Positions 50,218-63,218 of a stretch of DNA of 64,000 nucleotides are shown here, in pieces. The stretch is from positions 13,950,001-14,014,000 of the forward strand of contig NC_043020.1 of NCBI RefSeq assembly GCF_006345805.1, written 5' to 3'. The translations under genes and the position numbers were made by a program. Below the pieces are notes generated by a model. That model did not search any database and was not told where the DNA came from. It saw only the letters and a list, made by a program, of their open reading frames with translations. The DNA comes from Octopus sinensis (lineage: Eukaryota). Numbering within the stretch: the stretch's first letter is position 1; every line of letters begins with the position of its first letter.

Positions 50218-50753
50218 CAGGGTGTCCCAAAAAAATGTATACACATGCTGCAACAGTCTGTCATGCCAAGCCTTAGAGAGGACTTTGAACAGGAAGAGTT
50301 TTATTTCCAGCAAGATGGGGCACCTCCACACTACCATCGCGATGTTAGATCCTTTCTTGATGGGATCTTGCCAAACAGGTGGATTGGACGGAGAAGTTTT
50401 GTCGAATACCCTCAACGTTCACTAGACCTCACACCACTAGACTTCTTTTTATGGGGATACCTAAAGGACAAAGTCTACGCACAGAAACCTGCAACAGTCA
50501 TTCAATTGAGGGCAACCATTGAACATGAATGTACGAATATCCCAAGGGAATTGTTCCATGATGTGTGCCATTCCATCGCTTTGCATTGTCAGCAGTGTCT
50601 GGAGCAGAACGGACATCAGTTTGAGAACATGCGATAACAAGACAATAGAATGATATTTGTAAATTCTTTTACATGTTGAAAATTATTCGAATTATAATAA
50701 ACCCCAAATTTACAATTATTTAAGGTGTGTATACATTTTTTTGGGACACCCTG
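50218..50753 (+). mobile_element. Internally deleted Tc1/mariner element, 536 bp, with perfect 28-bp TIRs and TA TSD
   Basis: TIR CAGGGTGTCCCAAAAAAATGTATACACA at both ends. ORF carries FQQDGAPPHY and SLDLTPLDFFLWGYLKDKVY. Confidence 0.93.
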
Positions 50754-50839
50754 TATATATATACACAAACACACACCATCAATATTCATGAAGCACTGCA
50801 GCAGTTTCACAGTCATCAAACAACGATAATCGAACTCAC

Positions 50840-50919
50840 CTTAATGTCTCGATGGGCAATATCCATAGAATGTAGATGATCAATAGCAGTAGCAATATCT
50901 CTGATGATGGCAGCAGCTT
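50840..50919 (-). CDS. MAPKAPK2: MAPKAPK2 exon (EAAAIIRDIATAIDHLHSMDIAHRDIK)
   Basis: tttgtag acceptor and AAG|gtgagt donor, 80 nt. Contains the catalytic HRD motif. Confidence 0.95.
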
Positions 50920-51619
50920 CTACAAAAACAAACAATATTTCTCTTAGATATAAATGCTTAAACACAATAAATATATGCATTCAGTGTATAAAATTACATA
51001 CATACAAACATATATAGAGGGTGCAGCAAATAAACTGTCATCTAAATTTCGCAAAAATGAAAAATAACACTGACACCTCATTTTAACAGATATATTTACC
51101 AAAATTACATGAACATAAAAATATCTTCAAATTCAATGACTGGCATCCGTGCTGGCAGGGTGCAAAGAGCACCATATGAGCATGATCATTGACAGAGCGG
51201 CTAACCGGCTTCCATGCATTTAAAGAGCACCATTCGAGCGTGATCGTTACCAGCGTCGCCTTACTGGCACTTGTGCTCGTGCTAGTAGGGTGCCAAGAGC
51301 ACCATCCCAGTGTGATCGTTGCCAGAGCAGCCAACTAGCTTCCATGCCAGTGGCAGGTAAAAGGGCACCATTTGAGCATGATCGTTACCTTAGTGGCACC
51401 TGTGCTGGTGGCATGTGTAAAAGGATTCGAGCGAGGTCGTTGCCAGTACCGTCTGACTGGCCCTCGTGCCGGTGGCACATAAAAAGCACCCAGCTGTAGA
51501 AACTCTGCCAAATCAAGACTGGAGACTGGTGCAACCATGTGGTTCGCCAGCCCTCAGTCAAAATCGTCCAACCCATGCTAGCATGGAAAGCGGACGTTAA
51601 ACGATGATGATGATTAAGG

Positions 51620-52290
51620 AGTAAATTTATTCAATAAAATTGCCATTGGCTTCAACCACGGCCTCCAGACAACTTCAGAATCTCCTGCAACTCGTCTGGA
51701 TGGTCTCCTTGTTTAAGTTGGTGAATACTGCCATAATCCTTGCCTTCATCTTTCGTATTACAAGGAGTTTTGCTGTTGTTTCACTCAACTGTGGTCTACA
51801 TAATAATTAAGGAGTTACAGTCTAGGGAGTTAGGTGGCCAGATGTTAGGGGTGATGTGGTCACAGAAATTGACTGACAACCATCACTGGATTCTCCTGCT
51901 TGTGTGGCATGCTGCAGAGTCCTGTTGCCAAACATAGGGTCTTTCAGCATCTACCCTCTTGACCCAGGGCAGCACTACCTCCTCCAGGCCCTTGATATAG
52001 GCCTCTGTTTTGAGCCTGAGGCTGTGTGGGAAGATGAATGGAGCCATAATGTCGCCATAACTCCAAACACCATGAAGCTGACTGGATGTTTGATTTTTAT
52101 CACTCTCAGTACTTGTCCTCAGATTTACACCCAAATACTCTGAAATGCTCGTATTGGAGCTTTCAGCATGAATACCAAGCAGTACAGCATACCGTTTCCA
52201 AATTTCTGGCAGAGTGAATTGCATCATGGTGCTGTTTTCCTTACAGATGGTGCCCAACTGACCCTACTATACTGTAGTTGACAAAATCAA
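51620..52290 (-). mobile_element. Decayed Tc1/mariner transposase remnant
   Basis: YVWQQDSAACHT and WPPNSLDCNSLNYYV motifs on the minus strand, with stops and frameshifts. Confidence 0.75.
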
Positions 52291-52319
52291 AAACAAACAA
52301 TGAGCATGTGATTGAAGAA

Positions 52320-52474
52320 AAAATAGAACAAATATCTTACAAACTATAAAATTTTCTCAATAAAGCCAAGAGAAAAAGATGTTTTATAAACACATTCTAC
52401 CAGTATACGAAGTTTAACATTTTTTAGTTACCTAGAAATTATGTTAAAAACTGCCATTGAAACCAAAAAGATCC
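52320..52474. mobile_element. Right half of a Merlin-like MITE
   Basis: Matches 18660-18814 and ends in AAAAGATCC. Confidence 0.75.
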
Positions 52475-52475
52475 A

Positions 52476-52850
52476 ACATGTATTATATGTGATCGAGTTC
52501 TGTTGTCAAAAGCAAGATATATGAATCATGAAGTCACATGAAAATCAAAATGCCCAGACAGGTAATGATCTTGGACACCAACCACCTCTTACGACTTGTG
52601 TCATATGTCACAAAACTTGTACGACAATATCTGGACTTAAAAGACATATGCTAGTTCACAAAAACATTCCTTCAGAATCAGAATCCAAAGGACAAAGATA
52701 TAGAAGAAGCTTGAATAATATCTGCCACTTGTGTTTTAAACCTTGTCAGTCAGCAGCTGGTCTTAAAAGCCATCTGAGGGTTTGTGCTGTGTGATGGGGT
52801 GTGATATGTGTGTTGATGGGACAGCTGTCATCTGTCAAGAGACAATTACC
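52476..52850 (+). mobile_element. LINE (probably RTE) 3' end encoding three C2H2 zinc fingers, frameshifted
   Basis: CIICDRVLLSKARYMNH/MKSH, CVICHKTCTTISGLKRHMLVH and CHLCFKPCQSAAGLKSHLRV, then a stop, a short UTR and a (CAT)n tail. Confidence 0.6.
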
Positions 52851-53175
52851 ATCATCATATATATATCATCATCATCATCATCATCATCGTTTAACGTCCG
52901 TTCTCCATGCTAGCATGGGTTGGACGGTTCGACCGGGGATCTGGGAAGCCAGAAGGCTGCACCAGGCCCCAGTCTTATCTGGCAATGTTTCTACAGCTGG
53001 ATGCCCTTCCTAACGCCAACCACTCCGTGAGTGTAGTGGGTGCTTTTTACGTGCCACCTGCACAGGTGCCAGGCGAGGCTGGCAACGGCCACGGTCGGAT
53101 TGGTGTATTTTACGTGCCACCGGCACGGAGGCCAGTCGAGGCGGCGCTGGCATCAGCCACGAGTCAGATAGTGCT

Positions 53176-53211
<36 letters not shown>

Positions 53212-54409
53212 ATATATATTATATATATATATATATATATGTCCAGATATTCATATATCTACCAATTATAAACATTTTTATTATTTTTTGGCAATTTACT
53301 TAATCATTGGTATTTTATTGTTATTTTAATTTTAATATTTCTATTACATGTAATTTTCTAGATGGTGTAATTTAATTGTTCATTTTGAATTGATAAAAGG
53401 TGGGTTTTCTCTCATTTTTTATATATATATATTATATTGTGTGAAATTTGATTTAGTATTTCTAAATTGAATTTTTTCCCTGTAAGTTAGGATTAATATT
53501 CCCTCAAATTATTATTATATATACATATATGATACCTGTGCTGGTGGCACGTAAAAAGCACCATCCGAACGTGGCCAATGCCAGCGCCACCTTGACTGGC
53601 TTCCGTGCCGGTGGCACGTTAAAAGCACCAACCGATCGTGGCCGCTGCCAGACTCCCCAGGCACCTGTGCCGGTGGCACGTAAAAAGCACCCACTACACT
53701 CGCGAAGTGGTTGGCGTTAGGAAGGGCATCCAGCTGTAGAAACACTGCCAGATCAGACTGGAGCCTGGTGCAGCCTCCTGACTTCCCAGACCCCGGTTGA
53801 ACCATCCAACCCGTGCTAGCGCAGAAAACAGATGTTAAACGATGATGATGATAATATGTACATATAAAAGCACATGGCTCAGTTGTTAGAGTGCTGGGCT
53901 CACAATCAGGAGGTGTGAGCCTGATTCCTAGATTGGGCTGTGTGTTGTGTTTTTGAGCATTGCACTTTGCAGCACAAGGTGCCACACAATGGGACTGAAC
54001 CCAGACCATGTGGTTGAAAAGCATACTTCTTACCACACACACAATCCTGCTTGATAAACAACTATCATGGTGCTAGTTCTATCTCATTCATGGCGAAATC
54101 ACCACACACTCATTTACACTACAACAAAACCAATCCTGTAACACCTGGTTCTTGTTAAATAAATTAATACATCCTCTACTTAATGTACTGAGCCTGTTGC
54201 TTTTAATCTTTAAATTATCAACATCCTGGGGCATCTACAACCTTCAGGAGTTTAGTCACTTAACACTAGGACAGACTGTATTCCTCTTTATTCACAAAGT
54301 TATGTTGTTTGTAAACCCATTAATCATTCATTGAAGTGTTGTTTGCACACCTAAAATTTCACTCATTCCACACATATTTGAAATTGTAGTGAATAGAATG
54401 TCCACTTAA

Positions 54410-54630
54410 CCCATTCATTACCAACCCAGCTGAAACCGGCTCTGGCTCTTTAGTACAAATGTCTTGTTTTCATAAGTTTTGAATTAAAATCTTCCACCAA
54501 ACCTTAGTCACAATTTATGTTCCTAACACAAGCTGAATGATAACTAAGTTATTTTACTAAATTCTTCGTTATATTTAAAGTAATTGAAAGAAACACAGAA
54601 CATCTCAAAATAAATATAGTAATGAAAGGG
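54410..54630. mobile_element. piggyBac-type MITE (second family)
   Basis: TTAA|CCC...GGG|TTAA. Confidence 0.8.
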
Positions 54631-55679
54631 TTAATAAGTAAACCTTCACTCATGAGTACATCAAAATCAATGTCTCACCATTCAGCTGTGTCCTCTCTAT
54701 CCCTTGCGTCTATCTAATACTACAACAGTCTCTGTTCCTATTACAACATGGATCATACATCACTTTTACCTTTATATTTGCATCCGTACTAGTGGAGCAC
54801 TAAGAGACCCATCCGGATGTGATCATTGCCAGAGTGGCGAACTGGCGTTTGTGCAGGTGGCATGTAAAAAGCACCATCTGAGTGTGATTGTTACCAGCGT
54901 CGCCTTACTGGCACTTGTGCAGGTGACACGTGAAAAAAAAACATGATTTTTCCGTGGCTGTTGCCAGTATCGCCTGACTGGCCCTCATGCCAGTGGCACA
55001 TAAAAGCACCCACTACACTCTCAGAGTGGTTGGCACCATCTGAAGGGCATCCAGCTGTAGAAACTCTGCCAGATCAAGATTGGAGCCTGATGTAGCCATC
55101 TGGTTCGCCAGTCCTCAGTCAAATTGTCCAACCCATGCTAGCATGGAAAGCAGACATTAAATAATGATAATGATGATGATGATGATGATTTGTCTCATCT
55201 ACCACTTCTCCTCTAACCCCTTCTCAATCCATCACTAAACACTTTCTCTGCATCTTTCTAGAACAACCTCCTTCTCTATATTTCTCCCCCTAAACAACTG
55301 ACTTTCAAAAGGTTTAACTCAGTGGTTCCCATCCAGCATCCATATAAGATTTTATTGTTAAAATTAATCTGCAATAAAATTGGTTATACTTCTACGATAC
55401 ACAAAGTATTTTGACAATTTTTTTTTTTTTTATATAAAATTCCTAATAATATTTAATTATGAAAATATATGATTTTGTTTTAAATGGGGGTCCAGCGGAG
55501 TAGAATAGGAATCAATGGGGTCTTTAGGTAAAAATCCCACTGTTATTTCCCAGTGTTGAAGGTTCAGGAAAACCTTCACATACTGACCATTCTCAATGGA
55601 TTCTAAATATTTGAAGAGAGCTCTTCTTTACTATATTAAATTATGGAGAGGTCAAGAGAGGCTGAACACCTCACACTTG

Positions 55680-56058
55680 CTCAGTATAGTTTAAAGAAAA
55701 ACGACAACGCCGTGGTGATCTCATTCTTGCTCACAACATCATAAGCGGAAAGTGTAACCTCTCGAAAGAGATGTTCTTCACTCCTGCTCCACTGCGTCGG
55801 CTGCGGGGTCACTCCGAAAAGTTCTATCTGCGACGATTTCATCTCAATTGAAGGAGAGGGGCTTTCTCCGTCTGGGTTGCGGATCCGTGGAATAAGCTGC
55901 CGGACGAAATATTGAAGATGCCGACGACCGCTCGGTTCAAAGTCTCCCTTGACCACAAATGGCCTGAACTTTTTGCATGAACACCCTGTACATAACTCCA
56001 TGTCCCCCTACATGGCCTTGCTATTTGCTTTTTGAGCCAAAATTAACTTAACTTAACT
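55680..56058 (+). mobile_element. CR1 LINE ORF2 3' end with (TTAAC)n tail
   Basis: RQRRGDLILAHNIISG...RGHSEK...AFSVWVADPWNKLP...FKVSLDHKW on the + strand. Confidence 0.85.
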
Positions 56059-56086
56059 CAACCCATTAGGAATAGGGATTCCTTAC

Positions 56087-56151
56087 CTTGTTCAGTAAAT
56101 GCTGAATTTGTTCTTTCTTGGATTCTAGTAAATAATTCTCCACCTTTCATA
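56087..56151 (-). CDS. MAPKAPK2: MAPKAPK2 exon (MKGGELFTRIQERTNSAFTEQ)
   Basis: attgcag acceptor and AAG|gtaagg donor, 65 nt. GGELF..IQ.R...AFTE is MK2-typical. The more 5' exons were not found in the window. Confidence 0.95.
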
Positions 56152-56309
56152 CTGCAATAGAAGAAGAAAAGTATTGAAGTTTATGTTAAATGATGCTGGC
56201 ATGAAGACTAAATTATTAATGTTTTGCTGACTGATTGAATGAAATTACAGAATGTTCAAGGTTTCATTTGAATATATAGTAAAAAGAAGATTAGTTAAAA
56301 CATTAATGA

Positions 56310-56645
56310 AGACACGGGCCCATTTGGAATTGTATATGGCACACAGGCCAATAGGAATGATGAATGGCATACGGGGCCAATGAGAATAACATATGGCACA
56401 CAGGGCCAGTAAAAATGACATATGGCACACAAGGTCAATAAAAATGACATACAGCACACAGGGCCAATAGAAATGACACATGGCACACAAGGCCAATAAA
56501 AATGACATACAGCACACAGGGCCAATAGAAATGACACATGACATACAGGGCCTATAGGAATGACACATGACATACAGGGCCTATAGGAATAACAAATGTC
56601 ACACAGAGCCAATAGGTATGACAGGTATGACACACAGGGCCACTA
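56310..56645. repeat. Imperfect minisatellite of about 28-29 bp (GCACACAGGGCCAATAGAAATGACACATG)
   Basis: About 11 diverged tandem units; source of the Cys-rich ORF. Confidence 0.85.
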
Positions 56646-57755
56646 GGAATCAGCTTTATGATCAGAACCATCTATAATCTCTTTCCTACTGTCCCAAACT
56701 CTAGGACAAATGGGAGAAAAGACTGTAAATATAAGCTCTTCTTTGTACAGGGGTGGACAGACTGTAAGAGATAATGTGCAGTTGATGCTATAAGGTAGTT
56801 CATTTACAGACTTAAATAGTTGTAGGAAATTTGAAGTCAATGTAATTGTCCAGCGAAAAGTAGTTCCAAAGAAAAATCTAAGGAAGCATGCCCCACACCA
56901 CTTTCTTTGACAGTGCTAAAGAATGAGAAATGGAAGTAAATCTGATGGAATTTCAAGGAGAGACTTGAAAGCAATGAGACACATTCCACATCTCAGATTG
57001 TGTGAATAAAAATAGAACAGGACTGAACTGTGTCATTCGACTCTCAGATTAACGAAGAATTCAAAGTGGCTGATTACAGTGGTTGGTTTCACTGTTGGCA
57101 CAATTTGGGTTAGGCTGGGTTGCTCGTCTGAAGTAACAAGAATGGAAATACAGTGGAGGGATTGATGAAGGATCTGATCACTACAATAAAGTATGATAAA
57201 CTTAGATAATTAGGGGTCAGAGGCTGAATAAGTTTGAGAGCCCTGAATAGTTTGGAGGAGATGGCAGAAAATGTATCACCTCTATGCCTGTGACAGGATG
57301 TGAGAGAAAGAAATCAGTTTATTCTGAGAAATTCTATAAAATAGCAATAAATCCAGTGATTAACTAAAAGCACAAGAATTCAAAATCACGATAAGAAACC
57401 TGTTTATGCATACCAGTAATAGCAAGAGAACATCTGGAAGAATACCAAGAAGTTGAGAATTAAAAAAATAGTGTAGCAATTCCTTCTGCCAATCTTTCAG
57501 TTCTTCAAGTCCCACACAAGAAGCCTAAAGACACTTCTTGTTTTATACAAATAAATGTTTTGATGAAAGCAGATCCTATTTAATATGCTAAATCACAATG
57601 TTTGGCTTAACACTGCCACAAAGTTAAATATTTAGAAATTAAATAATAGAAACATGACCAGGGAAATTATAGCTGGACTATCCTAAACTATTTGCATTAG
57701 GAGAGTCGCCTAAATATGTAAATATGTATGTGGACACATCCTATGAATGTATCAG

Positions 57756-58516
57756 TTATTAACATTCAACAGTAAGAAAAATAATTAGCCATATTAACAG
57801 TATTCTTAACATACCACACACACACACACTTCCTACGCAACAGATAAAATATGTTAAGAGTAAATATTCGCTTTGTTGTATAAAAAATAAATTTAAGAGT
57901 TATTAACATTCAACAGGAAGAAAAATTAATTAGCCATATGAACAGTATTCTTAACAGACCAAACACACATACTTCCTATGCAACAGATAAAATGTGTTAA
58001 GAGTAAATATTCGCTTTGTTGTCATCATCATCATCATTTAGCGTCCGTTCTCCATGCTAGCATGGGTTGGACGGTTCAACTGGGGTCTGTGAAGCTGGAA
58101 GGCTTCATCAGGCCCAGTCTGATCTGGCAGCGTTTCTACGGCTGGATGCCCTTCCTAACGCCAACCACTCTGTGAGTGTAGTGGGTGCCTTTTACGTGCC
58201 ACCCGCACAGGTGCCAGACAGAGCTGGCAAACGGCCACGAACGGATGGTGCTTTTACGTGTCACCGGCACGGGGGCCAGGCGAGGCTGGCAACGGACACG
58301 AACAGATAGTGCTTTTACGTGCCACCAACATGGGGGCCAGACAGAGCTGGCAAACGGCCACGAACGGATGGTGCTTTTACGTGTCACCGGCACGGGGCCA
58401 GGCGAGGCTGGCAACAGACACGAACGGATGGTGATAAAAAATAAATTTAAGAGTTATTAACATTCAACAGTAAGAAAAATTAATTAGCCATATGAACAGT
58501 ATTCTTAACAGACCAA

Positions 58517-58548
<32 letters not shown>

Positions 58549-58619
58549 ACACTTCCTATGCAACAGATAAAATGTGTTAAGAGTAAATATTTGCTTTGTT
58601 GTATAAACAATAAATTTAA
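57756..58619. repeat. Three-copy tandem repeat of about 144 bp, with a family C element inserted in copy 2
   Basis: Units start at 57756, 57900 and 58454; the insertion at 58021-58432 splits GCTTTGTTGT from ATAAAAAATAAATTTAAG. Confidence 0.85.
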
Positions 58620-60149
58620 GGTCCCAGTTTGCCTTAACAGGATTTCAAATTCAGTTGTCAGACTTTTATCAACAATTAGAGATATCAGCAAGACTTAAGA
58701 ACAGCATCACAATCCTAGAATCATTTTGGTTCCTGTTTGAGTTCTTAGTAAATAAGACATTTCTAATGTGTCACATCCTTTTACTTTACATGACAACATA
58801 ACAGACCTAGGTAGAACCACAATCTAAAAATAAAGTCTCTCCGGACACCAAACCTACTAGACAGAGCAGATAGATGAAACCTCAATATAATACAGACAAT
58901 ACATGAGATCCATCAATGAGTTATTGTAGTCTTGTCAAGTCCCCCAGTTTCTCCTCAGCAAACCACAAACGCCACATGACTGAACGCACACACACAATCA
59001 TCATCATCATCACCATTGCCACCACGACCATGACCACCACCACTGCCACCATCATCATTGTCATCATCATCATCATCACAGACAACCGACAGAAGGAAAT
59101 CATAAACATTCAGAATGAAAAAAAAAAATCACCTGATGCTGTCAAAAATACAGTTTGTCACTGGAAACAAATTCCAGACTTCACAATTCCCACCTTTTTC
59201 ATCTTTTATCCTTTCTGTTTCAGTCACTGGACTGTGGCCATGCTGGAGGCATCACCTTGAAGGGTTTACTCAAACAAATCCACACCAATACTTATTGTAT
59301 CAGTCTTTTTTGCTGAGCCACTAAGTTTTGAGGCTATAAACAGACCAATACCTATTTCTTTATTACCCACAATGGGCTAAACATAGAGGGGACAAACAAG
59401 GACAGACATAGGTATTAAGTCGATTATATCGACCCCAGTTCAAAACTGGTACTTTATTTATCGACCCCGAAAGGATGAAAGGCAAAGTCGACCTCGGCGG
59501 AATTTGAACTCACAACGTAGCGGCAGACGAAATACCGCTAAGCATTTCGCCCGGCGTGCTACCGTTTCTGCCAGCTCACCACCTATAAACAAACTAATAC
59601 CAGTTGCCAAGAGGTGATGTGGGACAAACACACACACACACACAAACGTATGTCACTCTCCCTTCGAAAACAAGAATCTGCCTGTCCCTCTTTTCCTCCC
59701 CCTTTTCATGCTTTAATTCCTCATCTCCTCGCATAAAGACCCACCACCACCACCACCACTACCGTGTTTTGCATTCATGCAAGTTGCATGGCAACCTTGC
59801 TGATGCCCGTGGCATGAAAATATCACCCAGGGCATTCCGTAAAGTGGTTGGCATAAGGAAGGGCGTCCAGCTGTAGAAATGATGCTAAAGCAGACAAAGG
59901 GGTATGATGAGATACCTGGGCCCATAAGAGTCTGGAACATGGATGTGAAATGATAATGATGATGATAGTGATGACAAGCTTCCACACAGTTTCCGTTTAC
60001 CAAATTCACTCACAGGGCAATGCTTGGCCCTGGGATATAGTAGAAGACATTTACACAAGGTGTTGTGCAGTGGAACTGAACCTGAGACCAAGTGGGTGCA
60101 AAGCAAGCTTTGAAGGCACACAGCTCTGCCCGCACCAGGTAAACGTAAA

Positions 60150-60520
60150 CCACTAACACACACATGCACGCACACTCACACATATATACAAACACACACA
60201 CAACATGCACACATACACACACACACACGCATGCTCACATACTCACAAATACACAGATACACACATTCACACACAGACACACACACACACACACACGCAT
60301 GCTCACAGAGACACACATACACAAACATAGATACACACATACATTCACACACACTCACACAGACATACACACACACACACATGCATGCTCACATACTCAC
60401 ACATACACAAACATAGATACACATACACATACTCACACACAGACACACACTCACACACAGACACACACAAACACACACACACGCACATACACGCTCACGC
60501 GTGCAATCACACACACACAT
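60150..60520. repeat. CA-rich low-complexity tract
   Basis: Cryptic (CA)n; source of spurious HT/CV ORFs. Confidence 0.95.
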
Positions 60521-60790
60521 GCACAAATATGTCAGTAGACATTCTGGTCACCTGCCAATGCCAACACTTTTTACTCTGAACTCTTGGATTATTCTCTATC
60601 TTATTGTTGATAAAGGGAATCTTTCCCTAAACATAACAGAACCATTAAATAACCTTTGTAAGGTAATACAATATCTTGTTTTTGTTTTTTTGTTTATTTG
60701 GTATCACCTTACATACTTAGCTGAACTTCTCACCTGCATTGCTGAAGGGTCTACTTACAAATATTTATGATATTATTATTATTATTATTA

Positions 60791-60826
<36 letters not shown>

Positions 60827-61084
60827 TACTATTATTAATGTTTTTATTATTAAGGTGAGCTGGCAGAATCGTTAGCATGTTGGGCAAAATGCTTAGCGGC
60901 ATTCGTCCATCTTTACATTCTGAGTTCAAATTCTGCTGAGGTCGACTTTGCCTGTCATCCTTTCAGGGTTGATGAAATAAGTACCATTTACACACTGGAG
61001 TTTATGTATTTCAACTCATCCCCTCACGCACAATTTCAGGCCTTGTACCTATAGTAGAAAGGACTATTATTATTATTATTATTC

Positions 61085-61768
61085 TATGTTTGACTTTTGC
61101 TTTATAGTTGTACAAGTTGGCTCCAAGTCTCACCCAGAGACCTCAAGAGACAACAGGTTGGAAGTTCATGTTGTTGTTATGTCTAGTGTGCCATATATTT
61201 GGGGGGTTTTTTTTAGTGTTGTATTAGTAAATGTCTAAAAAAAAAAACATACAAAAATTATGTTTGTTTTAAAACTTGAGATTACATAGAAAGTATTTTG
61301 CATAGGATATGAGCAGTTCCCATGAGCACTATCTTTTGAATTTCTGCCATTTTGGGGTTTCCTGGTATCGGAGTTAGGTAGCAATCAGCCCCTTTTGTTA
61401 TCATTCCCAGGGCACCTATGACAACAGGTATTGTTTTAGTCTTCAGGTTCCACATTTTGCTGATTTCTATTTCAAGATCTTTATATTTGCTCAGTTTTTG
61501 GTAGGTCTTGACAGATACGTTTATATCGATTGGGACAGTCATATCAATGAGGAGGCATGTTCTTTGTTTGAAATCTTTCAATATGATGTCTGGCCTATTT
61601 GCATCTATCTTTCTGTCAGTTTGAATGGGGAAGTTCCAGAGGAGTGAGATGTGGTCATTTTCAAGCACTGGGGGTGGTTTGTGTTCCCACCAGTTTTTTT
61701 CATGGGGCAAATCCAGGTTTTTGCAGATTACCCAGCAAATATATTGTGCAGCTCTATCATGCCTGTTG
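61085..61768 (-). mobile_element. R4/Dong-clade non-LTR retrotransposon 3' end inserted in (TAA)n
   Basis: LWNFPIQTDRKIDANRPDIIL...LLIDMTVP...KLSKYKDL...IPVVIGALG (PD-D/ExK RLE domain); TAA repeats on both sides. Confidence 0.88.
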
Positions 61769-61863
61769 AGATTATTATTATTATTATTATTATTACTATT
61801 ATTATTATTATTATTACTATTATTATTATATTATTATTATCATTACTATTATTATTATTATTA

Positions 61864-62413
61864 TTGAGTGAGAGAGCAGTTCATGCCATCAAAGTGACAC
61901 CGGGGTAAAATATACGAAGCCCAATATACCCATCATGACTACCCGTCTGATAACGGTACACCAGGCACATGCATCACAACCATATGTGCGCGACATGGTG
62001 ATCTCATATCAAGATAAACAGCACATAACCTTGGAGGTGGGGCCCAATTAGAATTTTCTTCAGGTTGAGTAGCCCATCCCACTCAAAAGGTCCCTGAATA
62101 AGGGTTGTTTAAGGATGTTGAAAGAACCACCCATGTTTCCAGAGGTGAACTATTCAAACCCCAAAGAATCCCTCTCAACACATGGCTATGATGCTCCCCA
62201 CTACTTCTGCTCGTGATCAGAGATGCACATATCGTCAGCCACTAAGGGACATGCTCAACTGGTTAAGGTCAAACAACTGACAAGCAAATCTGTGGTATTG
62301 AGCAGAATATTTGCTGTAGCTCTTCTTTTATACCAAGACAAAACAATGTACATGATAACACTTCCAATCAGTTAAGATCAGAAGCCACGAGAGCCACTGC
62401 CTGGTACTGCATC
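61864..62413 (-). mobile_element. Non-coding repeat family D, bounded by (TAA)n
   Basis: Reverse complement of 36671-37190. Confidence 0.75.
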
Positions 62414-62634
62414 TATTATCATTACTATTATTATTATTATTATTATTATCATTACTATTATTATTATTATTATTATTATCATCATTATTATTATGTTGAT
62501 GATGATAATGATGCACATGGGTATGTCTGACTGTCAACTACGTGTTTCTAGGTTCAATCCTACCGTCTGGAATCTCAGGCAAGAATCTTCTGTCAGAGAC
62601 ATTATTCTAAGAGTGTGTGTGTGTGTGTGTGTGT

Positions 62635-63218
62635 ATGCATTTGTGTACTTGTGCTTTAGTAAACCAGTGTAAACATATATAGTAGTACATCTCTAAAGGG
62701 ACAGAACTCAATATGGTGAACTATGGCGTTCACTGAATAGCTATCATGACTACGAATATAGACAGACAGATCAACAGACTGACAGACAAACAGACAGACA
62801 GACAGGAAGACTGATGCAGAAGACCAGTGAAGTGAATAATTAGTAGTACTTAAGTGTGTTTCCCGAGTTCAAATATCACAAGGATGAACTCCATATGTAA
62901 TGTATATGCGTGTGTGTGTGTTGTGTATGCATTTGTGTACTTGTGCTTTAGTAAACCAGTGTAAACATATATAGTAGTACATCTCTAAAGGGACAGAACT
63001 CAATATGGTGAACTATGGCGTTCACTGAATAGCTATCATGACTACGAATATAGACAGACAGATCAACAGACTGACAGACAAACAGACAGACAGACAGGAA
63101 GACTGATGCAGAAGACCAGTGAAGTGAATAATTAGTAGTACTTAAGTGTGTTTCCCGAGTTCAAATATCACAAGGATGAACTCCATATGTAATGTATATG
63201 CGTGTGTGTGTGTGTGTG
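62635..63218. repeat. Apparently perfect 292-bp tandem duplication
   Basis: Copies start at 62635 and 62927; both boundaries fall in (GT)n tracts. Confidence 0.92.

Noticed and set aside
52528-52794. Host C2H2 zinc-finger gene
   Set aside because: Frameshift in the first finger, no TGEKP linkers, and a LINE-like UTR with (CAT)n tail favour a retroelement end.
56245-56633. Cys-rich repetitive ORFs resembling metallothionein or keratin-associated proteins
   Set aside because: They are translations of a 28-29 bp minisatellite, with no splice context.
56650-57600. Possible old L2/CR1 LINE body on the minus strand
   Set aside because: Composition is suggestive, but no motif could be read with confidence by eye.
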